A stretch of 64,000 bases of DNA from an uncultured archaeon (GCA_964388035.1 CAYLZE010000001.1:31225-95224); one strand, 5' to 3'; shown: positions 1-9,268, counted from the stretch's first letter. Translations and numbers: made by a program. The notes: a model not told the origin generated them from the sequence alone.

Positions 1-2
1 TT

Positions 3-161
3 GTATGGGGTTTAATCATAGGTATAATCATAACTGTCTTCTGGTTTACTTCGAAAGTCACCGCTCATCACCCAGAAGAAGCAGAGGAATTAGATCCAAA
101 ACCCTTAAAAGGTGTTGAAGAAGAATATAAAGATATACAAGAAGAAACAAGTGATCAATAA
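3..161 (+). CDS. C-terminal fragment of a membrane protein (runs off window start)
   Basis: Open frame from 3 to TAA at 159-161: VWGLIIGIIITVFWF (TM segment) followed by an acidic tail; co-oriented with the downstream genes. Confidence 0.6.
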   Translation, partial: VWGLIIGIIITVFWFTSKVTAHHPEEAEELDPKPLKGVEEEYKDIQEETSDQ

Positions 162-186
162 AAAAAACGAAAAGTAAAAAGTAAAA

Positions 187-885
187 ATGATTGAAACTAC
201 ATTTTTTTCTAAGGATAATGAAATTTTTTGTAAATTCGATAATTGTACGGAATCCAAATTTGAAATTCTTGCCTTACCGAGAGATTTTCTAACATGGCAG
301 TCATCCACGAGATTAAAAATGTTAGAAATAATAAAACGGGGACATGCCGATGCCATTAGAACTCAACCGGCACATCTTCCTGTCTTAGCCACGATGACAA
401 AAGGTCCTTTTTTCATAAATTTAACTACTAAAGGTATGGGATTGCTTCCCAAAGATGATAAGTTAGAAAAATTCACCGATTTATTCAATGATGCAATCAA
501 AAGATATAAATCAGGACCTTGGCAGGAAAGTTTAATGGAACGCATGGATATTGCAAATATGTTCTATGGGGACTTGGATAATTTTAATGATAAATTACTT
601 GGAGGGTTAGAAATATTCGAGGGTCATACGCCCCAAAACTTAAAAAAGTATCCCTTGGCTTCACTATTATATACTGGAGATGCTCCAAAATTTCTAAGTT
701 ATCAATTTAATGGTTTTATTGAATTCATTGATAAAGAAAGTAAGTATTACAAGTTTTTACGAGCAGCCAGAGAATTATTTGCGTTTGATGCATTTCACAT
801 CACACAAATTGACTATCCTTTTGGATATCTGTTCTATACCGTTGAAATTAAGAGTAAAACCCCCTATCCAAGAAGAACTAACTAA
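187..885 (+). CDS. Hypothetical protein, possibly split-barrel flavin-binding (pyridoxamine 5'-phosphate oxidase-like)
   Basis: 232-aa ORF; HTPQNLKKYPLASLLY resembles the xTxxNLxxNPxxSL motif of PNPOx-like proteins. Confidence 0.5.
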   Translation: MIETTFFSKDNEIFCKFDNCTESKFEILALPRDFLTWQSSTRLKMLEIIKRGHADAIRTQPAHLPVLATMTKGPFFINLTTKGMGLLPKDDKLEKFTDLFNDAIKRYKSGPWQESLMERMDIANMFYGDLDNFNDKLLGGLEIFEGHTPQNLKKYPLASLLYTGDAPKFLSYQFNGFIEFIDKESKYYKFLRAARELFAFDAFHITQIDYPFGYLFYTVEIKSKTPYPRRTN

Positions 886-984
886 ATTTTCAAACTTTAA
901 TAAATTTTAAATCAATTTTTTTTTAAAAAAATGGTATAAATTAATCGCAATACATTCACTAAATTCTAAATTTTAAAAAGAAAA

Positions 985-2448
985 ATGTATGATAAAATAT
1001 TATTGGCATTAGATGGTTCCAGCTACTCTGATATGGCCTTAGATGCAGGAATTTTACTTTCAAGAAATAATTCAACTACATTAGTTGGATGTCATGTTTA
1101 TTCCTCACAAATGCATGCCATAAGATTTGTAGAAATGGAACCTGGCTTACCGGAAAGGTATCAAGAAGAAGAGAGGATAAAATCCTTGAGAAATACCCAT
1201 ACTGATCTTATTGATACTGGTATGCAATTAATTTCAGATGCGTATATTTCTCCCATGATAAAAATGGCTCAGGAACATGGAGTAACATTTCAAGGAAGCA
1301 CACCAGAAGGGAGGAATTATGTACAACTCCTTAGATTGATATGTGAAATTAAACCTGATTTGGTTATTTTAGGCGGTTATGGTCACGGAAAAGAATGTAA
1401 CAATACATTAGGGAGCCTTACACAACGAATATTATTGCATGGAACTGATTCTGATCTTCTTATCGTGAAAGAACCGATCAATTTTAAATATCGTCCTATC
1501 ATTGTAGGTATCGATGGCAGCGAAAATAGTTATAATGCACTTACAAGAGCAATCAAGCTTTCCAAAATTGTTGGTGCTGAAATAAAAACCATCGCTGCGT
1601 ATGATCCTTATTTTCATTCAGGAGTGTTTCGCACTATTTCAGATGCACTGCCGGAAAAAGATAAAGAACGATTTAATTTTGTTGCTCAAGAAAAGCTACA
1701 CGATGAAATCATTGACAAAGGCTTGGAAAAGTTATATTTTGAAGGACTGAAAAGGGGAGAATTGCTGGCTGAATCCATGAAAAGCAAGGTGACAATGGAA
1801 GTCTTAATGGGAAAAGTATATACAAAAATTCTAAATTACGCTGATCTTAAAAATGCCGGGTTAATTGTCCTGGGCCGATGGGGACTTCATCAAGAGCAAG
1901 TGTCTTTAATAGGATCTAATACATTTAACATTGCCATGGCTTGTAATATGAATATCTTAATTGTATCGAAATCAAATGGTCAAATAGAAATTCCTAATCT
2001 TCCTAAAGTAGAAAAATTACCTTTGAAATGGACATCAGAGGCACAAGATTTAATTAAAAACGTACCCGTTTTTGCAAGAAAAATGGCAATTGCCGCTATT
2101 GAAGATTACGCCCGTGAAAAAGGATTTTCTGAAGTAATTCCCGAAGTGGTTGAGGAGGTCGCTAATAATATGGGGATGGGCGCAAAAATGGCGCCCTTAA
2201 AATCTACTGAGGAAGAGAAGCATGATAAACCGAAAGAAACTAACGAAAACAACATACCTGAAGCCCAGAAAATCGTGTTGAAAAAAATTAAGAAATTAGC
2301 TCCAAATTTTCATAAAAACATAGTGGGGAGCAAGATTGTTGGTGAAATCGTTGAGAAAGGAGAAATTAAATTAGTCTATGAAATAATAGAGGTATATCCT
2401 TCCAGTCCAGCGAAGGTAACAGAAAAAACAGCATTAGAGTTTAAATAA
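985..2448 (+). CDS. Tandem universal stress protein domains fused to a PCP_red-like helical domain and a small C-terminal domain
   Basis: KILLALDGS...DLVILGGYG...LGS and IIVGIDGS...LIVLGRWG...IGS (two USP domains); WTSEAQDLIKNVPVFARKMAIAAIEDYAREKG matches the PCP_red pattern. Confidence 0.8.
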   Translation: MYDKILLALDGSSYSDMALDAGILLSRNNSTTLVGCHVYSSQMHAIRFVEMEPGLPERYQEEERIKSLRNTHTDLIDTGMQLISDAYISPMIKMAQEHGVTFQGSTPEGRNYVQLLRLICEIKPDLVILGGYGHGKECNNTLGSLTQRILLHGTDSDLLIVKEPINFKYRPIIVGIDGSENSYNALTRAIKLSKIVGAEIKTIAAYDPYFHSGVFRTISDALPEKDKERFNFVAQEKLHDEIIDKGLEKLYFEGLKRGELLAESMKSKVTMEVLMGKVYTKILNYADLKNAGLIVLGRWGLHQEQVSLIGSNTFNIAMACNMNILIVSKSNGQIEIPNLPKVEKLPLKWTSEAQDLIKNVPVFARKMAIAAIEDYAREKGFSEVIPEVVEEVANNMGMGAKMAPLKSTEEEKHDKPKETNENNIPEAQKIVLKKIKKLAPNFHKNIVGSKIVGEIVEKGEIKLVYEIIEVYPSSPAKVTEKTALEFK

Positions 2449-2449
2449 A

Positions 2450-3400
2450 ATGCCAGAAATAATGAATTTAAAGTCCATTTCCAAGTCTTATGGGAAAATA
2501 TTGGCTTTAGAAGATATTTCTCTCAGTTTGAATGAAGGAGAAATATTAGTCTTGTTAGGGCCTAATGGATCAGGCAAATCAACATTAGTTCGAATCATTG
2601 CTTCTTTAATACAACCAGACGCAGGAGAAATATATCGAAATGGATATACTCGTGAGTCTAAAAAGTTACACTTTTATAGTCAATTGGGCTTATTGTTTGA
2701 TCTATCCATTCACTGGGATAAATTATCCGGCTATGAAAATGCTTGGTTTTTTGCTAAAAATTATGGTTTGAGTAACAAGGATGCCTCTGTTCGATTAGAG
2801 GAATTATTCAAATGGAGTAATTTATGGGAGAAAAAAGATGATCTCGTACAAACCTATTCCTTTGGAATGAAAAGAAAGTTAGCATTAATTGAAACTTTAA
2901 TTCACAAACCTAAATTGCTCTTGTTAGATGAACCTACGATGGGTTTAGATTATAAATCGCGCATTGCATTCTATACCCTTTTAAAAAATGAAGCAGAAAA
3001 AGGAACCTCGATCGTGTTAGCCACTAATGATGTGAATGAAGCGGCTTTTCTGGCTCATAAAGTAGCCTTCATGGATAAAGGGAGAATATTGTTATTAGAT
3101 ACGCCAAAAAATTTAATGAATTCTCTTGAAACCTTTGTTAAAATCGAAATCACTCTTGCGCTTCCCATCGATCTTACTTTTTTAAAGGAAATTTCGGACA
3201 TTCAATATCTAAAAATCCTCGAAAATGAGGTAAACCAATTTAAAGCAGAAATACTTCTAAAACCTGAAAATTTGAATAATTCCACGGGAATTTTAGCTCG
3301 AATTATCAATTTAATTGCAGTTAATCGGGGAATATTATTGAATTTTAATATAAAAAACCCCAGTTTAGGAGATATTTTTATAAAATTAACAGGTGATTGA
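2450..3400 (+). CDS. ABC transporter ATP-binding protein (ABC-2 exporter type)
   Basis: Walker A GPNGSGKS, signature YSFGMKR, Walker B LLLLDEP; H-loop reads TND. Confidence 0.92.
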   Translation: MPEIMNLKSISKSYGKILALEDISLSLNEGEILVLLGPNGSGKSTLVRIIASLIQPDAGEIYRNGYTRESKKLHFYSQLGLLFDLSIHWDKLSGYENAWFFAKNYGLSNKDASVRLEELFKWSNLWEKKDDLVQTYSFGMKRKLALIETLIHKPKLLLLDEPTMGLDYKSRIAFYTLLKNEAEKGTSIVLATNDVNEAAFLAHKVAFMDKGRILLLDTPKNLMNSLETFVKIEITLALPIDLTFLKEISDIQYLKILENEVNQFKAEILLKPENLNNSTGILARIINLIAVNRGILLNFNIKNPSLGDIFIKLTGD

Positions 3401-4101
3401 AAATGTTACCCAATAATTTATGGCAAGAAGAATTATTACTCTTTAGCAAGAATAAGAAAACCATGATAATCAAAATTTTATTGCCATTTATTTTAACATC
3501 CCCTATCTTTTTTCAAGGCATTCCCGATGCAGTTAAAAGCGGAATTTTTACCTTGGCAATTATCTTTATAGGAATCTTTAGTTCTACCATTGGATTAATT
3601 CAATTGAAAGATAGTAAAATGTTAGAACGCTTGGCATTATTGCCCATTTCGAAGAAAAGGTTGGTCCTAGAGTATATTTTTGTGAGAGGTTTTTTAGATT
3701 CTATTAAATTCGTCTTACCTTTAGGAATTATCATAATTCTCAATTTTCAGCTCTTTTCCGCTACCGCAATTGTTTGGCTTATAATTTGTTATCTATCTAC
3801 AATCTTTGCAGCAAATAGTTTTGGCATTATTTTTGCAATAGTCTCCGGATCTTCTGCAGAAGCTCATTTGTACGCGATTATCTCAGTGTTGTTAATTGTT
3901 GTTGTGTCGGGTGTTTTTGGGACCTTCAATTTTATTCTGCTAGATATCACATCTTCTATTTTACCCTTTCGATACTTTTCTAATTCATTAATCTTCTTTT
4001 TAAGCGGTCATCCTCAGGATCTATTTTTTTTGGCACCAATTTCAAGTATAGTAATCATCATCACAACTTTGATTATCTCTTCCAATCTTTTTAAATTTTA
4101 A
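3397..4101 (+). CDS. ABC-2 type permease
   Basis: About six hydrophobic segments; overlaps the ATPase stop codon; LERLALLP motif. Confidence 0.8.
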   Translation: MKMLPNNLWQEELLLFSKNKKTMIIKILLPFILTSPIFFQGIPDAVKSGIFTLAIIFIGIFSSTIGLIQLKDSKMLERLALLPISKKRLVLEYIFVRGFLDSIKFVLPLGIIIILNFQLFSATAIVWLIICYLSTIFAANSFGIIFAIVSGSSAEAHLYAIISVLLIVVVSGVFGTFNFILLDITSSILPFRYFSNSLIFFLSGHPQDLFFLAPISSIVIIITTLIISSNLFKF

Positions 4102-4344
4102 ACTAATATCAAAAATCTTTTTTTTAAGTGGGAGCAAATATAATTTTTATTTCTAAACAAGAATTTTATACATGAATTTTAGATCATTTTTCTTAGTGTA
4201 AATTTAAAATAATGATGAGAAGAAATTATAAATTAACAAATATACTTAATAATCAACGAACTTCATGTTTCAAACATGAACCTTATTTTTTTATATTTCC
4301 TAAGATCATGAATTTATAAAGTTATTATTACATGTGAATTAAAG

Positions 4345-5451
4345 ATGGCAGATTTATTAATCATAAATGAAGCTGGTCAATTACTATATAGTTGGCATGA
4401 AGGGGAAACTACGGGGGATGATACCCTCATAAGCGGGTTTTTGATCGCTTTAAATAGTTTTGCAACCATTGAGAGAGGAGAAGAAATTAAATCCTTGAAA
4501 TTAAAGGAAACTACCTTGATTTTCGAAAAATTTGAACAATATCTTCAGAAATTAGTATTCGTAATTACAACAAAATCCGAAGATCTAATCACGTTGCTTT
4601 CTGAACTTTTAAAAGATATTATTCGCAAATTTACGGAAGTCTATGAAACAGATTTAAATAAGCAATTTAACGGAGATGTTTCCATGTATAATAAATTTAC
4701 TCCCGTAATGGAAGAACTTTTAAGATCTTATGGCATGGATGAATTAACTGCATACAAAAACAATATTGATGATGAAAACACCATGAAGGCAGTGATGTTT
4801 ATAACACCTAAAGAGGGAGAGATTCTCTATATTCATGCCAAACAATATATCGATAAAAATAAAGTAAGTTATTTAATGCCTTTTATTCACACCTCTGCAT
4901 CTGTCTTCTTTAATAAAACCTTTAATCAGGAAATTAATCGAATTTTAATTCGAACTATTAAAGATGAAGGGCTCATGGTAGAAAGTAGAAGTCTCGTATT
5001 ACTCGCTACTCTCTATAAATTTCATGATGATTTTGAAGAACTCTTTGAGGCTCAGATTTCGTCTAAAAAACTAGATAAATACGTGAAAAATATAGAGAAG
5101 CTTGAAAAAGTATTTCAGAAAATAAATTGGAATTCTGCCATTTCCGAATTGTATATTGTCAATCCGTTAGGAAAACCACTTTTTCATTCATCACTAATTC
5201 ATTCACAACAACAACAAGGAATTCTCTTCCCGGAGCTCATTACAGTTTTAACAAGCTCAGAAAATTTGTCCAAGCAATTTTTCAACCGAGAATTATTTTT
5301 TTTTAGCATTTTGGGAAATCAAGAATTTGGGATTGCTTGCTTAAATTTTAAGGTATTTTATATGGTAATGTTATTTGATATTAAAAAGATGAACGATTTC
5401 CATTCCATTGAAATAGTTTGGAAAACATTATTGGAGGAAATCAATTTTTAA
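4345..5451 (+). CDS. Asgard-type longin-like domain protein with additional longin/roadblock-like repeats
   Basis: N-terminal LLIINEAGQLLY...LISGFLIALNSFA...FNGDVSMYNKF pattern; similar strand-turn units recur (MFITPKEGEILY, LYIVNPLGKPLF). Confidence 0.65.
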   Translation: MADLLIINEAGQLLYSWHEGETTGDDTLISGFLIALNSFATIERGEEIKSLKLKETTLIFEKFEQYLQKLVFVITTKSEDLITLLSELLKDIIRKFTEVYETDLNKQFNGDVSMYNKFTPVMEELLRSYGMDELTAYKNNIDDENTMKAVMFITPKEGEILYIHAKQYIDKNKVSYLMPFIHTSASVFFNKTFNQEINRILIRTIKDEGLMVESRSLVLLATLYKFHDDFEELFEAQISSKKLDKYVKNIEKLEKVFQKINWNSAISELYIVNPLGKPLFHSSLIHSQQQQGILFPELITVLTSSENLSKQFFNRELFFFSILGNQEFGIACLNFKVFYMVMLFDIKKMNDFHSIEIVWKTLLEEINF

Positions 5452-5774
5452 CGATAGATAATTTTTGCCATATATATTTCATTAAAGTTATCTTTAAATC
5501 TCTATTTAGAAAACTAATAGGCAATTTAAAATTCAATTTTTAAATAATTTCTTGTAAGATTAATTCGTGCTTCATAATCTTTCACTTTCTTGAATAAGAA
5601 AGCGTTAAGACATGATGAAATAAAAATGTGATTGGAAACGTCAATCCCTAAAAACTGAATTCAGCTTCATCACTTGAAATGAGAATTGAGAATAGGTTAA
5701 GATTTATAGAGATAAAGAATTTCAATGGTAAAGATTTATATATCATAGTCTTAATCTTAGAATGAACTAAAAAT

Positions 5775-6776
5775 GTGAAATTTAAAATGTTTACACCTGA
5801 ACAAATAAAAGATGTATTAAATGAAAACTGTATAAATCTTCGATTTCATGCGAGAGGCGGTCAAGGAGGAGTTACCGCGTCCAACTTATGCGTCGAAGCG
5901 TTTCAAGGGTATGGCGTATGTCAACCAAGCTTTGGCGCTGAAAGAATGGGCTCCCCTACTGAAAGCTATGTAAGACTTTCCTTGAATGAAAATTTAGTTC
6001 GATCCAATGAACAAGTGTATGTTCCCCATTTTGTTTCTGTATTGGATCCCACGTTATTAACAGAGGTTGATGTAACCGCAGGAGTACCAAGTGGAGGATG
6101 GTTAATCGTAAATACTACCATGAATCAAGAAGAAATACAAGATTTGGTAAAGCGAAAGGACTTGAATGTCGCTACAGTAGATGCCTTAAACATCGCAATG
6201 GAAATCTTGGGAAGAAACATTACAAATACTATTATTTTAGGTGCCTTAATCCGTGTATCTTACCTCTTTTCCTTGGATCAACTTTCCGAAGCCATCATGA
6301 CAAGATTCGTGGGAGAAATAGCGGGAAAAAATATGGAAGCAGTGAAACGAGCTTATGATGAAGTATGCGTTTACGAAAGCGGAGTTCAACTTGATTTCAC
6401 CGTAGACTCTAAAATTCCTTGGCAACAAGTTCGACCTGGTTTGCCGGGATATAAAGAGCTTGATAAGTCCGGAGTATGGTATTGTGATGAAGATGTAATT
6501 GAATACGGAAGTAATCAAGTAAAAACGGGATCGTGGGGAGAATGGGATGTAATTTGGATTGAAGATAAATGCACGGATTGTGCCCTATGTTGGTATATTT
6601 GCCCCGATTTTGCCATCATGAGGAAAAAAGGAGATGATGGTCTGTGGCACATGGCAGGTATTGATTCTTATCATTGTAAATCTTGTTTAAATTGTCTCAA
6701 CATTTGTCCTGTAAATGCAATTGATAAAAAATTAAGACAAGGGCCAGCATCATGCGCTGCGCCAGAAAAAGCATAG
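5775..6776 (+). CDS. porC: 2-oxoacid:ferredoxin oxidoreductase gamma subunit fused to delta (2x[4Fe-4S] ferredoxin) subunit
   Basis: RFHARGGQGGVT, FGAERMGSP, NTIILGA (gamma); C-terminal CTDCALCWYICP and CKSCLNCLNICP (delta). Start could be ATG 5787. Confidence 0.92.
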   Translation: MKFKMFTPEQIKDVLNENCINLRFHARGGQGGVTASNLCVEAFQGYGVCQPSFGAERMGSPTESYVRLSLNENLVRSNEQVYVPHFVSVLDPTLLTEVDVTAGVPSGGWLIVNTTMNQEEIQDLVKRKDLNVATVDALNIAMEILGRNITNTIILGALIRVSYLFSLDQLSEAIMTRFVGEIAGKNMEAVKRAYDEVCVYESGVQLDFTVDSKIPWQQVRPGLPGYKELDKSGVWYCDEDVIEYGSNQVKTGSWGEWDVIWIEDKCTDCALCWYICPDFAIMRKKGDDGLWHMAGIDSYHCKSCLNCLNICPVNAIDKKLRQGPASCAAPEKA

Positions 6777-6786
6777 AGGTGGTATC

Positions 6787-8016
6787 ATGTCTATCGAACC
6801 TATGAAGTTATTCTTTAAAGAAATAAAAGAACCTGTCGAAACTGCGATGATAGGAAATTATGCAGTGGCTGGGGCAGTTACTCAAACGGATCCCGATGTA
6901 ATTTGTGCGTTTCCTATAACCCCACAAACTCAATCTGTAGAAGGTCTCTCGGATGTCGTTCACCAAGGAAGACTCAAGGCTGCTTTCGTGAATGTTGAAT
7001 CTGAACTGGCAGCAATAAGTTATTCTACTGCTGCGAGTGCTGCAGGTGCCAGAGCATTTACGGCGACCGCGTCTCAAGGTTTTTTATTGATGACAGAAGC
7101 CCTTCCCATGGCAGTGGGATGGCGCGTTCCTTTAACCATGATGATTTCAGCACGAGCTTTTAATTCTCCTAATTTATCTATTTGGAATTCATGGGAATTT
7201 ACCGAAGTAAATTCGGAATTGGGATGGAATTGCTTGGTCTCTGAAAATGTCCAAGAAACTTACGATGCAGCAATTATATCAGTTATGGTTTCTGAAGATT
7301 CCTTATTTCCCACCATGTTTGTCCACGATGGCTTTATCATCTCTCATTCCGTACAAAAACTCTGGCTCATCCCCGATGAAATTGTACGAAAAATGACACC
7401 AAAGAAACCCCGGCAAACGATTAATCCAGAAAATCCCGGAACATGGGGCGGAATCGTGACTCCGGATTTTTTCATGGAAGGTAGAAAAAAGTTAGATGAA
7501 GATAAAGAAGCGGTATTGGGCATCATGAAAAACTGCTTTAAAACGTTCGAAAAGGAGACGGGGCGCAAGTATGATCTAATTGAAACCTACAATCTTGATA
7601 ATTCTTCAAAAACAGCCATCATAACGATGGGGTCAATGTGTGGAAATATTATAAGTTGGATGACGAAAAATCCCGATATCGGCTTGATAAAAATTCGTGC
7701 CTTTCGTCCATTTCCCTATGCAGAATTGAGGAAAATCGTGGAAGAACACAATATTGAAAAGATCATCATCATTGAAAAATCAGATTCATTGAATGGAATG
7801 CTCCCTCCCTTTTCCATGTCGATTGCTAGCGCGTTATATCCCCTTGGAACTCTTTTCAGGAGCTTCATCGCGGGATTAGGTGGGCGAGATGTTACCCGGG
7901 ACGAATTTAATGTAGCTAAAAAGAAAATGGAAAAAGTAACGGACATGAATGGAAAATTATACATGTATTTAGGGGTTAGAGAAACAAAACAAAAAATTCA
8001 CGAGGTTGATGCATAA
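6787..8016 (+). CDS. porA: 2-oxoacid:ferredoxin oxidoreductase alpha subunit
   Basis: GNYAVA, AFPITPQT, VESELAA, FTATASQG, DGFIISH, FRPFP, GLGGRD; preceded by SD-like GAGGTGG. Confidence 0.95.
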   Translation: MSIEPMKLFFKEIKEPVETAMIGNYAVAGAVTQTDPDVICAFPITPQTQSVEGLSDVVHQGRLKAAFVNVESELAAISYSTAASAAGARAFTATASQGFLLMTEALPMAVGWRVPLTMMISARAFNSPNLSIWNSWEFTEVNSELGWNCLVSENVQETYDAAIISVMVSEDSLFPTMFVHDGFIISHSVQKLWLIPDEIVRKMTPKKPRQTINPENPGTWGGIVTPDFFMEGRKKLDEDKEAVLGIMKNCFKTFEKETGRKYDLIETYNLDNSSKTAIITMGSMCGNIISWMTKNPDIGLIKIRAFRPFPYAELRKIVEEHNIEKIIIIEKSDSLNGMLPPFSMSIASALYPLGTLFRSFIAGLGGRDVTRDEFNVAKKKMEKVTDMNGKLYMYLGVRETKQKIHEVDA

Positions 8017-9134
8017 TGTCAAAACCAGAAAATAATATCATTAACATGGAAGAAATTCTCGAGAGAAAGGAAAAAAGTAATGTCTTGTTTGTCAATTATG
8101 ATAATGAGGCGTTCATGAATACTGGAAATTGAAAAAAAAATATTTTTTCAAACAGAGTTCAAGAATCAGGCGGAACGCCTCCACATGCATCCACGACCAC
8201 GGGTCCTGGGGGAGAAAAGATTCCTGGGAAGGTCGGTGTCAAGCAAGATTTAGTGACTCCATTCAGCTTTTTTGGAACTAAATCACTATTTCTGGCCACG
8301 GCAAATCCAGCTTATCCCATGGATTTAATGGGAAAAGTAATGGAAGCATTAAAGACGAATGGTTCCGGTTTTATACAAATCTTCAGCGATTGCATGCGTG
8401 GGTGGCGGCACGGCGCGGAAGACACGCTTAATGTCTCAAAATTGGCGACAGACTGTGGTTATTGGCCCCTTTTTACCATTCGAGTTAAAAATGCCAAGCC
8501 TGTATATTCTTACTATCGTGGATTAGATGTAGATAAAGAAAAGTTTGAACAATTCTTGAAATCAATGGGTAGATTTAAACATTTATTTCGTCCTAAATTT
8601 ATGGAAGAGGAAATAGATGAGATTATCTACTACACGGAACAACGAAATGCCCGATTAAAAGCTTTAATACAAGTGTTTGGAGCTGAAAAACCTGTAGATA
8701 TTTATAGAATCAACCGAAAGAAATTAGAGCCTCAATACCATCTCCAACCAGGTCACGGTCTTTGTCCGGGATGCGGTGCGGGCATGTTCTTGAACCAAAT
8801 GGCAACCGCAGCCACTCAAGTTGCGGGGAAAAATATTATTTACGTGAATAATACCAGCTGTTCCGAGGTTTCCACTTCAAAAGACAATGTATCTTCATGG
8901 AACGTTCCATGGGTGCATCATCTTTTTGAATCAGGGGCTACTATTGCGGAAGCTATTAGTACAACGTATAAAATTCTCAAATTTAAAAATATATATCAAG
9001 GAGAAGTGCCCTACGTCATACATATCGGAGGAGATGGCTCAACTTATGATATAGGTTTCCAATTCCTAAAATCGGCTCTCGTTAGGACAAGCAGTTTTGT
9101 AGAAATGAATGAATATTTAGCAAATCAAAAATAA
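8016..9134 (+). CDS. porB: 2-oxoacid:ferredoxin oxidoreductase beta subunit; circularly permuted and interrupted by a 30-nt in-frame insert containing TGA (8130-8132)
   Basis: ATG 8016 overlaps the porA stop (TAATG) and is in frame with ORF 8253-9134. Reads MSKPEN...NVLFVNYDNEAFMNTG[N*KKNIFSNR]VQESGGTPPHASTTTGPG...SDCMRGWR...GRFKHL...PGHGLCPGCG...NTSCSEV...GGDGSTYDIG. Confidence 0.88.
8128..8157 (+). other. Candidate bulge-helix-loop mRNA intron (30 nt) in porB
   Basis: 9-bp hairpin TTGAAAAAA(8129-8137)/TTTTTTCAA(8143-8151), AAA bulge 8126-8128, CTG(G)/(A)CAG central helix, exon helix TGAA/TTCA; removal restores MNTGIQES. Confidence 0.55.
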
Positions 9135-9268
9135 TTTTTTTAACCTTCTATTTTTTTTAACTTAAGAAATCCTTTCTTTTTTTATCATTTTCAAAAATCG
9201 CAATGAGTATTGAACAAAATTTTCTCATCGCTCGATTTGGAAAAGAATATACTACTTATATGAAAGAG

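Noticed and set aside
8130-8132. UGA in porB as selenocysteine
   Set aside because: It does not align to a Cys, readthrough would leave 10 extra residues in the TPP/Mg-binding motif, and no convincing SECIS is visible. Kept only as an alternative.
8056-9086. Back-splicing or circular mRNA restoring the canonical porB order (shared TCTCG at both ends)
   Set aside because: No bulge-helix-bulge forms between the ends, and the internal linker has no stop, so a circle would give no defined product. The similarity is better explained by duplication.
8253-9134. ORF-track start at GTG 8253
   Set aside because: It omits conserved PorB motifs encoded in frame upstream; ATG 8016 is coupled to the porA stop.
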